Shown here: one piece after another, positions 22,401 through 33,750 of the stretch
Position numbering within the stretch: position 1 is the first letter of the stretch
Layout: every line of letters begins with the position of its first letter
The notes under the pieces: generated by a model
Databases searched by the model: none
What the model was told of the DNA's origin: nothing
Seen by the model: only the letters and a program-made list of their open reading frames with translations
Position numbers and translations under genes: made by a program
Assembly: GCA_905178155.1 (NCBI GenBank)
Contig: CAJINV010000004.1
Location: 4,582,518-4,646,517 of the forward strand
DNA: 64,000 nucleotides
Source: Amoebophrya sp. A120
Taxonomy: Eukaryota > Protista > Dinoflagellata
Direction: 5' to 3'

Positions 22401-24716
22401 ATTCGTACGAGTACGATGCTTTTGCATTGGATATAGTGCTTTCCAGCGACGATCAAGCCGAGGTGGAAGATGGTGGCGAGGTAGAGAATGCGGGCGACAA
22501 GACGCAGGACGGCGAAGTGCGGGTAAAGGAGGAGCTGGAGGAAGACGCGGGCGGGGAGGAAGGCAGCACGACGAACAACAAGAAAGCTGCGGCAAAGAAA
22601 AAAGCTGCAGCCAAAGCGAAATCGAAGGCCGCGGGGACAAAGGCTGCGGCTCCGAAGTCAAAAGCCGCCGCGGCGAAGCCCAAAACTGCTATGAAAAAAG
22701 CGGCGGGAGGAGCAGGGGGTGACAACGATAAGAAGATGAAAATGAAAATGAAGAAGAAGGAAACGCTACTTCCAGCAGAAGAGGAAGACGACGAGGACGA
22801 AGAGGATGAGGACGACGAGCAACAGGCCGAGGATGCGGGCGAAAACGAAAACGCAGAGGAAAACAACGAGAAAAGAAAGTCCGAGTCCAGCGAACTTGAG
22901 AACAAGGAGCCCGCAGACCCGAATTCCTTCAGCGCTATCTACACGAGGTTTCTGGATGAGCAGGAGACTGGGGACGTCGCGGAGGCGTTGACCTTCGAAA
23001 AGATCGAGCAACTTTTCAACTTCGATTTCGACCGCCTTCCCCCACAGCACCGGCCCTCCGCGGCCGAGGTGGGAGAAGTGGACTACGTCGAAGTGGGTAC
23101 CATTTTCCAGCAGAACATGCAAGAAATTCAGGGACTGAAAAAGGACTTGGAGGAGTTCGACAACCCAAAGAGGCTGCTCCGCGCGCTGGAAAAGAAGCAC
23201 CAGGCCAAGGCCGATGTGGAGACCAAGGCGGAGGACGCGGCCCTGGCCCGGAAGGAGACCAACGGCTTCGAGATCAAATACAACGAGGTGAAAGAGATGC
23301 GGAAAAAGAAATTCATGGCCTGCTTCGACGTCGTGAAGGACAAACTGGACATGATCTACTATCAAATGTAAAAATGTCTGGGTCTGGAACAAAACAACTT
23401 GTCATGCTAAATGTGAACCATGTAAAAATCTGTGTTGCATGACCACCAAAAGTTGTCCAGATTTGTCCTAATCGAGAGGCATTTTCTCATGCAGGATAGG
23501 CATGATAGAACTCTCACAGAATCTGTCATGCTATGTCCTTCATACCAGACCTCACGGGTCACGAAAAACCTGCACGACAAGTCTGGCACTCTTCCAGACC
23601 CAGACATTTTTGCAGTTGATATCTACAAGGAGCTCACCAGTACGGACGACCTGGAAGGCGGCGCGGCTTATTTAGACATCGAGTGCCCGGACGCACCCTT
23701 CGAAGGGGGGATCAAGTAATGTTTATATGGACGAGAGCATTTTATTTTTGGTTCATTAAATAAGGCTGCTCTTGTTCAACATGGTCTGGAGTTGCTCCAC
23801 TTAGGAGTATTAAAGAGCCAAGACCAGCACGCAACCTCTTCTCACAAAAAACGCTTCTGCAGGTACACCACCATGCCACCGGCCAAGCGGTTTCGCGACA
23901 TGCACCTGCTTTCTGGTGGCGAGAAGACCCTCGCCGCCCTCGCCCTCTGCTTCGCCGTGCACTACTACCAGAAGCCCCCGTTTATCATCCTGGACGAGGT
24001 TGATGCCCCCCTCGACAGCTACAACGTGCGGTCGGTGAGAAGATACCTGTCGCGGGCGAAGTTTCAGTCCATCGTGATTTCGCTCAAAGTATGCACTACA
24101 AAGTATCGTACTCGTATCAATGCATTACAAATTTCCTCTGCATGTTGAGAAATAAAATTTGTAACGCTGATCTACCTCAAGAAAAAGACTTGTAATGCAT
24201 GATTGCAATAGCAGTGCGATACTTTTGCACAGGATACAAAGACGAGCTGTTCTGCCAGTCCGACGGGCTCTTCGGGGTGTTCAAGGACCAGGTGAAGGAG
24301 TATGAGAGCGCACCACTCCGCTTCGCCCTCATTTGTCATGCAAAATCCGATATCCAGTTGCTGCAGTGCGGCACTGCTTGCATGACAAATTTCGGAAGCC
24401 CTGACCGCACTACATTTGTAATGCACACCAGTCTGCACATGTCTGTGCTCGTGTATTGCTGCTCATGCCAGACAAATGAGTGGGAGTGGGTGGTGGAGTT
24501 ATGCATTGTCATAAGGAGCAAAGCGGCACACTTTCCACGCGGGCGTTCCGGATGGCTTTGGCGAGCAAACAGGCGAAGCCACCAGCGGGGGCAATGAGAA
24601 GTTTCGGCGGGGGGTCGTTTGGCGTGCAGCTGAATAAGGGAATTGGTGGTGGGACGGCTGACCCTCCTGCTGCTGGAACTAACATTGCAGCAGGCAGGAA
24701 GCTGCTGTTCGACTGA
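10477..24716 (+). CDS. SMC1: Structural maintenance of chromosomes protein 1 (cohesin subunit), about 31 introns
   Basis: Reassembled motifs: [38 protein letters not shown] (Walker A), [11 protein letters not shown], hinge [16 protein letters not shown]...PMTFLP...[40 protein letters not shown] (signature), [14 protein letters not shown] (Walker B/D-loop), QSIVISLK. 26 TIR introns plus inferred GT-AG introns 11753-11980, 13149-13466, 15079-15244, 21551-21885, 23716-23862. Confidence 0.95.
11238..11455. mobile_element. Degenerate introner F2 (218 bp)
   Basis: TATCCACAGTAATT...AATTTGTGTTGCATA; DR CTCAG/CTGCG; gives [11 protein letters not shown]. Confidence 0.85.
11544..11691. mobile_element. 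Introner F1 (148 bp) splitting SMC1 Walker A
   Basis: TATCCTGTGCAAAAGTATCG...CGATACTTTTGCAGTTCATA; DR CGGGA/TGGGA; GPNG|SGKS. Confidence 0.95.
11855..11905 (+). repeat. 18-bp tandem repeat (about 2.8 copies) in a canonical intron
   Basis: GTTCTCCTGCAAGTTCTC x2 plus a degenerate third copy. Confidence 0.7.
12056..12363. mobile_element. Introner (308 bp)
   Basis: TATGGGAGTGTCAGGATTGAAATCGACAAAGTTGAAA TIR; DR AGCCA/AGCCA. Confidence 0.92.
12525..12745. mobile_element. Introner F5 (221 bp)
   Basis: TATAA.AGTGCACAACTC.CCCTCCCCCTCATTT TIR; DR AAGTC/AAGTG; LTKV|NILSKARNF. Confidence 0.92.
12872..13021. mobile_element. Introner F1 (150 bp)
   Basis: TATCCTGTGCAAAAGTATCG...CGATACTTTTGCAATGCATA; DR CTACC/CTACC. 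Confidence 0.93.
13576..13906. mobile_element. Degenerate introner F3 (331 bp)
   Basis: TATCCTGATTAAAAAC...GTTTTTGCCTCGGATA; DR GGATT/GGAGT; frame restored. Confidence 0.8.
14168..14306. mobile_element. Introner F1, opposite orientation (139 bp)
   Basis: TATGAATTGCAAAAGTATCG...CGATACTTTTGCACAGGATA; DR AGACG/AGACG. Confidence 0.93.
14367..14635. mobile_element. Introner F4 (269 bp)
   Basis: TGTCAAATG...TGTCTGGGTCTGGAAGAATGC / GCATTCTTCCAGACCCAGACA...CATTTGATA; DR AGGGG/AGGGG. Confidence 0.9.
14679..14802. mobile_element. Degenerate introner F6 (124 bp)
   Basis: AGGAATAAACACCCATC / GATGGGTGTTTTTTCCTGGATA; DR decayed (ATGGA/CTCAA), but element+5 nt restores frame. Confidence 0.8.
15361..15686. 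mobile_element. Degenerate introner F3 (326 bp)
   Basis: TACCCTCAGTAAAAAC...GTTTTTACTCAGGTGGATA; DR GCGGA/GAAGA; frame restored. Confidence 0.7.
15763..16043. mobile_element. Introner F3 (281 bp)
   Basis: Perfect TIR TATCCTGAGTAAAAACGTACCCAC; DR CCGCT/CCGCT; ITR|FPGKVFG. Confidence 0.95.
16197..16501. mobile_element. Introner (305 bp)
   Basis: TATGAAAGCCTCAG..TGGAAATCCTCAAAGTGGAAATAAT TIR; DR GAATT/GAATT. Confidence 0.95.
16551..16829. mobile_element. Introner F3 (279 bp)
   Basis: TATCATTTGTAAAAACGTCCCCACACCA / TGGTGTGGGTACGTTTTTACCCAGGATA; DR TGTTG/TGTTG. Confidence 0.92.
16913..17144. mobile_element. Degenerate introner F4 (232 bp)
   Basis: TATGCA...TGTCTGGGTCTG / CCCAGGAAACATGTTTGCACTGAATA; DR CTGCG/TTGTG; LDC|VVLND. 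Confidence 0.8.
17323..17601. mobile_element. Introner F3 (279 bp), inverted relative to the 16551 copy
   Basis: Perfect TIR TATCCTGAGTAAAAACGTACCCACACCAGAGT; DR AACGC/AACGC. Confidence 0.95.
17632..17945. mobile_element. Introner F1 carrying a nested F2 element
   Basis: TATGCATTGCAAAAG[insert]TATCGTA...TACGATGCTTTTGCATTGGATA; DR TCGGA/TCGGG. Confidence 0.88.
17647..17801. mobile_element. Nested introner F2 (155 bp)
   Basis: TATGCAATGTAAATTTCCTGTACA...TGTACGGGAAATTTACTGTGGATA; DR AAAAG/AAAAG. Confidence 0.9.
18472..18821. mobile_element. Degenerate introner (350 bp)
   Basis: TATGAAAAGTGAGAAGTACCCCC / GGGGGCATTTCTCATTTCGATA; DR AACTG/AACAG; frame restored. Confidence 0.75.
18870..19134. mobile_element. 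Degenerate introner F7 (265 bp)
   Basis: TACGGAAGAAAAAA...TTTTTTCCTTGGATA (compare 50218); DR GCAGC/GCTGC. Confidence 0.72.
19182..20933. mobile_element. Introner F1 (164 bp core) carrying a 1.58-kb nested element
   Basis: TATGAAATGCAAAAGCGTCGTAC...GTACGATGCTTATGCACAGGATA; DR AACCA/AACCA; QAAT|KYTER. Confidence 0.9.
19256..20838. mobile_element. Nested long TIR element (1583 bp)
   Basis: ~60-bp TIR TATAACAGGCTCAGATGTCTAATTCA; DR TGTAA/TGTAA; internal repeats CCCATGATTTTCGCAAAGCTAG near 20003 and 20131. Confidence 0.93.
20980..21245. mobile_element. Introner F4 (266 bp)
   Basis: TGCAAATATGTCTGGGTCTGG TIR core; DR AGCAG/AGCAG. Confidence 0.93.
21336..21493. mobile_element. Introner F1 (158 bp)
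   Basis: TATCCTGTGCAAAAGTATCG TIR; DR AAAGG/AAAGG (this one can also be read as GT-AG). Confidence 0.93.
21915..22201. mobile_element. Introner F3 (287 bp)
   Basis: GAAAAACGTCCCCA TIR core; DR CGAGA/CGAGA. Confidence 0.9.
22284..22433. mobile_element. Introner F1 (150 bp)
   Basis: TATGCATTGCAAAAC...GCTTTTGCATTGGATA; DR TAGTG/TAGTG. Confidence 0.9.
23360..23621. mobile_element. Introner F4 (262 bp)
   Basis: TATCAA.TG.AAAAATGTCTGGGTCTGGAA TIR; DR TCTAC/TCTAC; DMIY|KELT. Confidence 0.94.
24090..24236. mobile_element. Introner F1 (147 bp)
   Basis: AAAGTATCG / CGATACTTTTGCACAGGATA; DR CAAAG/CAAAG; ISLK|DELF. Confidence 0.93.
24301..24513. mobile_element. Introner F5 (213 bp)
   Basis: TATGAGAGCGCACCACTCC...GGAGTTATGCATTGTCATA; DR AGGAG/AGGAG. 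Confidence 0.88.
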
Positions 24717-25527
24717 AATGAAGCCAACGCACCTCCTCCTTGGCGAGGAGGCTACTTCATATTGATTTTTTCTTTTTTTTCGCAACCAAAAATACTACGC
24801 ATTATAATTACCAACAAAGCAGTTGAGCAACAAGTATATTGACTTCTCTATCTTCACGATGACGAAGAGTCAGAGCTTAAGTGCCGATCGAGAACGAGAA
24901 CTGAAGACATACCTCCTTGTCCTTACCGAACAATCGACATGATCGGTATACAGTTGTTGACTCTGAAGCATTGCTGAGTCGGGCCGAAGTGCCGTCAAAG
25001 GTCATCCTATTGCCATTCTACAACCTGCCGCTCGAAAATGTTGGATGCGAACACCATGCAAGAGAACTCCATTTGTTCGCTCAGATGGGCATGGCCTCCT
25101 TGTTTTGTATTTGTTGGTAGCGCGGAGACACTAGCGGTCAATATGTAAGTATATTGATCTTGTCACTACATACCGCGCATGTCTTTTTTCTCTCCGAGTT
25201 CGTGTGTTTTGTCAGTCCGCGCAGACGGTGAGGACGTCACGTGGTTCCCACGTCCCGTGATAATACATAAGCACAGTGGCTAAAAGTTCTTCCCCAGATT
25301 ACAACAAGGATGAGCGGGAACCACAACCACCACTGTGTGCGCAAACAGCAGGAAGATTTCGAGGCCACGCTGTCTCGCAGTCGCGTTTTCGTCAACTATA
25401 AGTGACTACTTCTTTCTGTTTTCTTTCTTTCTGTTTGTCTGTTTTGTTGCTTTTGCGGAAAACGGCGACCACAGCCACGACATAACATTGGCTCTCGCCT
25501 CACGCACAGCGACAGCCAACCTGCAAA

Positions 25528-28500
25528 ATGGGGATGTCCGACGAAGCCTGGGTAGACCAGTTTCTGAAGCTGAGCAGGAACGTTCTCTATCGAATCTTTG
25601 GTGCACAGATCCCCGGGTCACCATCGGGACTAGGTGCAGATGGTCTTGTTGCGGTCGGGGATAAATATGGTGATGTACTACGCCCATTCTTCGATAATCT
25701 CAACACGGTGGAGACGAAAAAGCGCCCCCATGCTCATGTTACAGCTGCGAACAAAGACCCGGACTCGTTCGTACATGCTCAAAAGTTCAATCCATTCTAC
25801 GAGCTGGCGCACTCCGCCTACGCAAGATTTGCCTTTCTTCGCGCTTTCAAGAATTTTGCGATCGCCAAACACGTATGCAAATAACAACTGCTTTAGTGTC
25901 AAGGTGAGGACTATGCAACGACACGGTGGGAAGCTGGAGTGGTCGCTTTCTGTAATGACTAAGTAAGGACGCCTCTCAAGGAGAAGGATGAAATAAGTAT
26001 TAAAGCTGAAGCTGCTGTTCTGGACGCTCTGGCTGTGCGTAGTTCTTCCCGTCGCCTTCGATGGCATTTGTATGGTCGCGCTACCTGCAAAATGTGGTGG
26101 CCAAAGCGCTCGCAAGCCCGCGCGCAAAGCGTGTTTCGCGAGATGCGTGGCCATCGGTCGCAAGCGACGCGAAGGCCGCATCGCCGCTGCCATATGCGAG
26201 TAATTTGGCGAGGGAGTGCAATCGTTCGCAAAATTATTCACGGACATGTCTAATGCAGGTTGCCAGCTGCCAGAAAGCCGATCGCGAAAAAGAAGGAGTT
26301 GGCGTTTTCTTTACATGAAGACAAAATAAACAAGGAAAATTTGAATTGTAGTGCTATCTGGGGAAGGGGGACGGGATGAAGAAAAAGTATTTATTTTTCG
26401 GCTCCGCCCGAAAAGCAAAAAGAAAAACACCAATAAACTTCTCGATGGCATGGCGCGTTTGAGCGGCGATGTTTTGCCACCCCTCGACTGCTTCCTTCGG
26501 CCGACTGGGATCCGAAGAAAAAAAATAAAGATTCCGAATACAGGTCGAGACGGGCCAAGCGGCCCGAGGGCTTCATTCCAACAAGTACGCTTTTTGTGTA
26601 AAATGCCAGGCCCGACGAGAAATGGCCACCCAGGGGCGGCGTTTCTTTGAGTTTATTTACACGAACAGAACCCACGACCACCCCAGACTGAACCAAAAAA
26701 AAAGCTTCTTAGTTCTGCGGAGGCGCGTCCGCCCCGTACAGCTTCCGGCGTCTCTAAAGGGTAAAAGTGCGACCGTTCGCCCGATTCACTCCGATTAGAA
26801 GCGCCCGACCTGGGTGGCCCACAGGTGTTGCCAGAAATCCTGGAATGCTCGCGACCTCTGCTAGTTCGCTAGACAGCCTTTGGCGGCCTGCCCGACCCCA
26901 GAGCGGCACTAAAGTCATGCACGGTGGGGGGCGGTCGCGGAATCTATTGGTTCTGAAAATGCCGGCACGGGGTGGCATTGGTTCTGAAAGCGGCGGCGTT
27001 TTGGCCGCCCTGGGCCTCGTCGGCAGAGGATGACTGAGGGCGCGGCCGACGGATGGTTGGGCCGCAGCCCTGGCCCAAAAGTGCAACAGCGAGGGCCGCG
27101 CCCCCATCCCCCAGCCAGCTAGTGGGCCATGGGATGCGCGGTAGCGTTCGCGCTGGCTGCCGTGGTGGTTCGCACGCTCTATCTTGGCTATTGACCAATA
27201 TGAATATCGCCCCCTCCTCTCCAGACGGACCGACGGGACCTTCATTTCTAGCCGCGCGACGCCTAGGGGCAAGCGAGCGCTTCTAGTATGATAGAAAAGC
27301 AGGAGCTGACGAACAGCAGAAGCATTGGTGTCGGCCCGTGCGCTTTATTCCGGCACCCACGGGCATGTTTGCAGTACTACTTCCATAACATTTTCACGAA
27401 CCGGAAACAGCCACCGCAGCAGGAGATACGGGTGTGAAAGCAGATGCAGGAGAACTTTTTCTCGTTCGAGATGCTCGACAGGCCTTGCTTGATTCGTACT
27501 GCGCCAAATTGTCACAGCGGCTTGAAGAATTCGATCAAGAATTTCAAAGAGAAGTCGGTGCATCGGTTTGGAACCCCAAACTTCGTACAACACATGCCGA
27601 GCTCGAAAACCCACCCATCGAGTCGTTACCACCTACAGCTCAACAGCCCCTTGGTTTCATAGCGAACACTCCATTTAAAGAAGAGCTGCTCAAGGAAGTT
27701 TTCCAACTATCATCTCTGGACCGAAATACAGAACGCCCCGTAGCATGGCCAACGCTCGACACGATCACCGCCAAGGTTGACAGCAACTATCTACCATCAG
27801 ACCAGCTGGCTGTGTACGTGGACACAAAAACCACATTGCTCGAGTGGCACACCGCACACCTCGAACAGAATATCCGTCTGCTGCGCGACGTCGTCTTTAA
27901 CAAATTTAAGGAGCTCGGCCATCCATTATCAAAAAAGCTATCAATGCTTCAACTGTCAGAAGATCAGTCGAATGGCCGCCTCGGAAAAAGCAAAATCGTG
28001 ATAGAAGAGGAGTCACAAGTAGAACCGACACCTGTCTCTTCTGCACTATCTCTTGACGCAAGACAGGCTACTCCTAGCAGTTTACTCGATCTCGATCCTG
28101 CGTCTTCCAGGCCGAGGGTCACCGCGGCATCGCGTGATATTGTTGCACGGGTAGATGATATGACATCGCCATACAACAGCCGCACCGAGCAAATCTCCAG
28201 TATTAACATTGACGGAACCGGGACAACAACTGCATCTCTCGCGGCTGGGTCGGCAGCGCGAGCACATTCGCCATCAGGCGTGGTCCAGAAATTGCATCAA
28301 CCCGCAGGAGAAAATGTTGCAGCCTTCCCTTCCGTGTCTGGGGCGTCTTCACCTGGAGCTGTTGGAAGTCCCCCCCCCCCCACAGCCCAGCTCTGCATTC
28401 AGTACCCCGACACAGGACTGCTCCTTGCGGCCTGGCACGAGCATCCAGGTTTCGCGACTGGTGGCCTCGCTGTGGTGTTCCTTTTGTTGGTCTTTGTCGT

Positions 28501-29501
28501 GTGCCGCTGTGTCGACCGTCGGTTCCTCCATTTCGCGCTCATCTGGCCACGCGGACCAGGAAGACAGGCGGATGAAGAACCATCGTCCCCACGTCGTCAC
28601 ATGAACAAGTTGCTTAACGAACGAGCAAAGGATGTCCCAGGTCGTGGGCCGCCGCTGTGTGAAGGCAATAAAGATGAAGCAACTCCCTCGCTCACCCGGA
28701 CGACCCGCACGAAAAAAGGGAAGAACAAGCAAGGGCAGAAGAACCAGCAAACCGCTTCGCAGTATGGGACGTTGCGCCAGGTCCTCGCAGGCTATGCAAT
28801 ACAAATTTCCCGTATATTTACAAAATGCGTGACAAATTTCGCTAACCTGGAGAAGTGTCAAACTTGTCATGCTGGCTAAGATAGATCTAAGGCAAGTCTT
28901 GTCATGCAGAAACACTAATTTTTATGTGATGCGCGGGAAATTTACAACCGTGGATACAGGCGAAGATAACACGCCACAGCTGTCTTCGCCGGACTGCTCG
29001 AGGAAGAAACAACTGAATTCCGCGCCCACGAGTAAACAACACGACCAAGGTGGGCGTGGAATAGCGCAACTACATAAGTCTGCAGCTGCAGGAGCTCCGT
29101 CTGGGATCAAAATGTCGTCCTCTGGGAACAGTACTAACACGGTTCCTCCACTGGCGCCGCCCACACCAAGCGCTTCCGAGTCCGCGTCGGAGGACAGTAG
29201 GTTTTCACCTGTGGTGGAAGTCCACCGTGGCAGGAAGTACGATCCAGAATCGCTGGAACGACTCGTCGTCGACACCTCCGCTGCCGTTCTTTCCACAAAT
29301 ACTAACATTTCCGACCCCACCGCAAGCTCCTCCGGATCGGAAAACAATAAAGCGTCTCCTTCCATGTCCGAAAAGATCTCGAAGAAAAACAAGAAGAAAA
29401 AGAAGAACAACAAAAATAGTAAAACCGTCATGTCTATGTCCGCGACGGGGACGGGTACGGGAGTGGAAATGTCGCCGCCACCCGGGCCGGATCGGGTCTA
29501 G
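25528..29501 (+). CDS. Unknown protein with one predicted TM segment; 5' exon structure uncertain
   Basis: ORF 27434-28792 joins ORF 28962-29501 after removal of introner 28793. Hydrophobic stretch GGLAVVFLLLVFVVCRCV. Exons at 25528-25872 and about 25904-25962 have GT donors and are tentatively joined. Confidence 0.5.
28793..28956. mobile_element. Introner F2 (164 bp)
   Basis: TATGCAATACAAATTTCCCG...CGGGAAATTTACAACCGTGGATA; DR CAGGC/CAGGC. Confidence 0.92.
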
Positions 29502-29754
29502 CGAAGTGGAAAACCAGCTTTAATCAAAAAATAAAAAAAAGTAAAAAGAACTTGAAGTATAGTAAGTACTCAACATTTGTTCGTCAGGATGAGGATCTCA
29601 GACCTACTACAGCCGTCGCGCAGCTGCAGATGCGACGCTTGCAGTTTCATTTGTCGCAAATCCAAACGTATAAGTGTTAAAAATTCGACAACGAAAATCT
29701 TACCACGTCTCCAACTTGTTCCTCTCGCAGAATAGCTCGCTTGTAATCACATAT

Positions 29755-32365
29755 CATCATCTTCTTCCTCATCTTCACCGGGACTTCTCAACTGGTTCTT
29801 CGAGATGAAAGAAGTGAGCCCGGCCGCGGCTGCAATATGATGCGAAATGGAAACGCTTGATGAAATGGACAATAGTATTGCTTCGCTTAACTACTTACAA
29901 AAAGTGCATATTTGCGGAAGAATTATGCTTGTGAAGGATATGCTGAGATGAGTCTGATAATGCAGTAGATTCGCAGAAGTTGTAGAAAGATGATGGTGAC
30001 GACATTTTTTTAGCTCTTGTGTGATAGATTGATAAGTTTGGCAGCTTCAGGAATCCCAAATCAGGTAAAAGTAAAAAGTACGAGTTGCACAACCACCTTT
30101 GGCGAAGTCACCCCGTCTTGTCTCGGAAACAAGTGCAGCCGTAATCGACGAAGACTTTAATGATACGGCATACATACCCGAGAAAAGGAGCGCCGATGGA
30201 TCATAGAGTACGTTCTTTTTCTTCACAATGGAGCTCGAGCTATACATAACCACAATAAAAAAAGTGAATGTGCATATAAATTTGAAATCCTGTTGCCGCA
30301 TATCGATATCGAGTGCTTTTCTCGAAATGCACAGTGTTGTCGTTGTGTTGCTGACGGAACTTGAATTTCTCAAGGTAGTCTTTGGTAATCACATCGCCAT
30401 CCAGTGTTGGATCTCCCACGAGGACCCTTCGTGTTCATCTAAAAAGAAATTACCGTGTCTGCAGCCGAACTCAAGCAACAGACGAGCGGTCGCGAGGACT
30501 TCACCTCCTAGGACAAGCGGACGGAATCGACGCGACGAAAATTGTATAGATTTAGATACTCTCGAGGAATAAAGCTTTTAGGTAGATAATTATATGCGTA
30601 AGTCCTTCGAGGAGTAGGTGTTTCATGTTCATCGTTTTCGTGAAAATAAAATCTAGGTCCTATAGAATTTGGCCTTCGGGTATCTACCGGATGATTATCG
30701 CGGGGGAGCGCGAGATGGGACGTGCTCCACCAGAACCAAGACCAAAAGCGGAACAAAGACAGCGTATCACTACAACTGCCTTTGTTTGCTAGTAGCTCTT
30801 TCCCGAGACGAAAAGAAAAATTGGTATTGGTAAAAGTCTTCATCTGAGTCACCTCGCGATTGATGACATCAAGACATGCATCACGTTCTTTGATTGTTTG
30901 TTTCCCCCCACCTCCCCCAAATGATAAAGATAAAATCACAGGTATGCATGCTAAGACTTACTCAGCATCATCTTCATCATCTTCTTCGCCGGAACTCAAC
31001 TGATTCATCGAGATGAAAGAAGTGAACCCGGCCGCTGGAATATGATCTGTCCGAAATGGAAACGCTTGAAATGACCAATAGTATAGCTTCGCTTACCAAA
31101 AAGTGCAATGATGCTCGTAAAGGGAATGATGAGATGAGTCTGATGATGCAGATCCGGAGAAGTTGTAGAAGGAGAAACAGAAAGATGATGTTGGCGACAT
31201 ATTTATAGCTCTTGATGTGTGTATAGATTGATAAGTTTGGTTTCAGGAATTCCAAATCAGGTAAAAGTAAAGAGGACGAGTTGTACCACCTTGGGTGAAG
31301 TCACCTCGTCTTGTCTCGGAAACAAGTGCAGCCGTAATGGACGAAGACTTATAATGATACGGCATACATACCCGAGAAAAGGAGCGCCGATGGATCATGG
31401 ACATAGAGTACGTTCTTTTTCTTCACAATCGAGCTATACCTATACACAATCACAATAAAAAAGTGGATGTGCATATAAATTTGAAATCCTCTTGCCGCAT
31501 ATCGATATCCTCGAATGCTTTTCTCGACAAGCACAGTGTTGTCGTTGTGTTGCTGACGAAGATTGTACTTCTCAAGGTAGTTTTTGGTAATCATCGCCAT
31601 CCAGTGCTGGATCTCCCACGAGGACCCTTCGTGTTCATCTGAAACAAAGTTACCGTGTCTGCAGCCGGACTCAAGCAACAGACGAACGGTCGCGAGGAAC
31701 TTCACCTCCTAAGCGGACGGAATCAACGCGACGAAAATTGTATAGATACTCTCGAGGAATAAAGCTTTTAGATAGATACTTTTTTAGAGGAAAAATTATA
31801 TGCGTAAGTCCTTCGAGGAGTGGACGGCTTCTTATTTTCGGTGTTTCATCGTTTTCGTGAAAAAGAAAATCAAATCTAGGTATAGAGTTTGGCCTTCGGG
31901 TATCTACCGGACCATCATACATCGTGGGGGAGCGTGAGATGGGACGTGCTCCACTACGACCAAGACCAAGATCCGACGAGACCTCTAGAACGGATTCTAT
32001 CGCCCATGCCACAAAGACTTGATATGACCGCCAAATGACCTCCTCCCTTCGGATTCGGCAGCCGCGTTCATGATTTTTTTTCTCATGTTCGTCCTCCTAC
32101 CCCTATCTGATGCGTCGCACGAAAGAAGAGGCGGATCGATCCGAGGTTTTTGCAGGCAGCTCGACACCACCGTTGTATTGCTATTGACTTTATTAGCTAC
32201 TCCTACTGCTAGTAGCTCTTTCCCGAGACGAAAAGAGAAATTGGTATTGGTAAAAGTCTGCATCTCAGTCACCTCGCGACTGATGACATCAAGATAAGAT
32301 ATGCGTCACATCCTTTGGCTGTTCGTCTCTCCCCACCCCCAAACGATGAAAAAAGTACAGGTATG
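29755..32365. repeat. Diverged tandem duplication (about 1.2 kb + 1.4 kb units)
   Basis: Collinear shared blocks, e.g. CGAGATGAAAGAAGTGA, TCTTGTCTCGGAAACAAGTGCAGCCGTAAT, TGCTAGTAGCTCTTTCCCGAGACGAAAAGA. Second unit starts near 30966. Confidence 0.85.
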
Positions 32366-33750
32366 CGTCGTGGTGCCAAGAGCTACTTGTACTTACTCCA
32401 CCGTCCCGGGAGCGACTTCGTATTGTTTATTTCTATGGATAGAAGATACTCGGCGTCGAAGATCCGGCACTCAACCACCCCTTGTTGATCGTCCACGAGC
32501 CCGCTTCCGCTAGGAGCCACGTTTCTGCTGCTCCATGCGAGCGCAGAGCGATCTGCGCAGCGGATGAGATCCGACATCAAAGCTGCAGATCTTATCTTCT
32601 CGAGAATTTCATTCAATTTTTTCAATAAGTGAATAGGAAAATGGCCAACGAGTCGAAATTTCTTGCTCCCGTTTCTTTCTTTTTTTTGTGTTTCTAGGTA
32701 ATTTTTTGAATGGATGTAAATCACGCTTTGACGGAAAAGCATTGGCTTTTCTTACCAAACAAATCATTCGTGATTTTTGCTGCTAAAACTAAATGGAAGA
32801 AAAAAGGAATCGATAGAAGTGGTGGCTTGCCTGATATTACGCAGTTGTCCTCGTGATATGTTAACGTAAGACCAGCACAATCGATGCCGACTGCAGGTTG
32901 CCGTGTTCGTATCCACATTAAAAAAGCTCCATCGTGTGTACTATTTTTGACCCCCGCATACTTGTGCTTAGGGTTTTGAATTTGATGTTGATCGTGGACG
33001 AAGTAGACGAAGATCAAGATCTGCTTGGCTGAACGAAGAATCTCAATCTTCTTGATGCGTGGCGTCAAAGACAGCTTTGACATGCTAATTACTCACGGAA
33101 CGCCGGGCCACTTCAGCTCGTCTGAGATCCCAAAAAGATCCTATCAAGATCCTGGCCGCTGGGCTACTTCGGCGCCCCGAAATTACGAATCAGGCCCAAT
33201 GTTTTGGCCTTCGCTTTGCCTCCTTTGTATAGCAAATTTGCGCGGCCTTTTCTGGGCGTGTCGCATAGCTGCCGAGCCTATCCCGAGGGCCGCCCTGTTT
33301 GGGAAGCGCGATTTATTTTCCAGATGCGGGGGTATGTCGGTATTTTACGGCCACGCAAAACTTGGCGCGGGCCAGCCGCCAGGGAACGCGCCGCCCGCCG
33401 CGGCCAGCGTGTCCTTTTGCCCCCCCTTCTGGTGTGCTTCTGTAGTTTTTTAGCGGTAGTCTTGGACATTGGAAAGGGGGTGGCGCGGAGGTGTTTCGAC
33501 CGCAGGCATTCTACCTGCCCAGCATCCGGGAGCCCGCAGAGAGGCGATGGCCTTTGGCGCGATGCGGTGCCAAGTGTTTTGCTTCTTGGGGTCGCGGGGA
33601 TCGGCAGGCCAGTCCTGCAGAAAGCATGTCAAACAAGGGTGGGAGTTTTCTCCCCGCGGCACAATTTTTGTGCTCAGGAGCATTCTCCAGTGGAATTCGG
33701 CCAGGCACGGGGTCACTTTCCAGAGTTCATGGCCGCCATCTCCATTTTCA

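Noticed and set aside
22453-23392. Minus-strand ORFs opposite long + strand exons (here and throughout)
   Set aside because: Antisense shadows of biased coding sequence.
11238-24513. Nucleosome-periodic spacing of insertions
   Set aside because: Exon lengths between elements range from about 25 to over 900 nt with no visible periodicity in this small sample.
10477-24716. SMC1 as a fragmented pseudogene
   Set aside because: All catalytic motifs are intact and every interruption is removable in frame by one rule or by GT-AG splicing.
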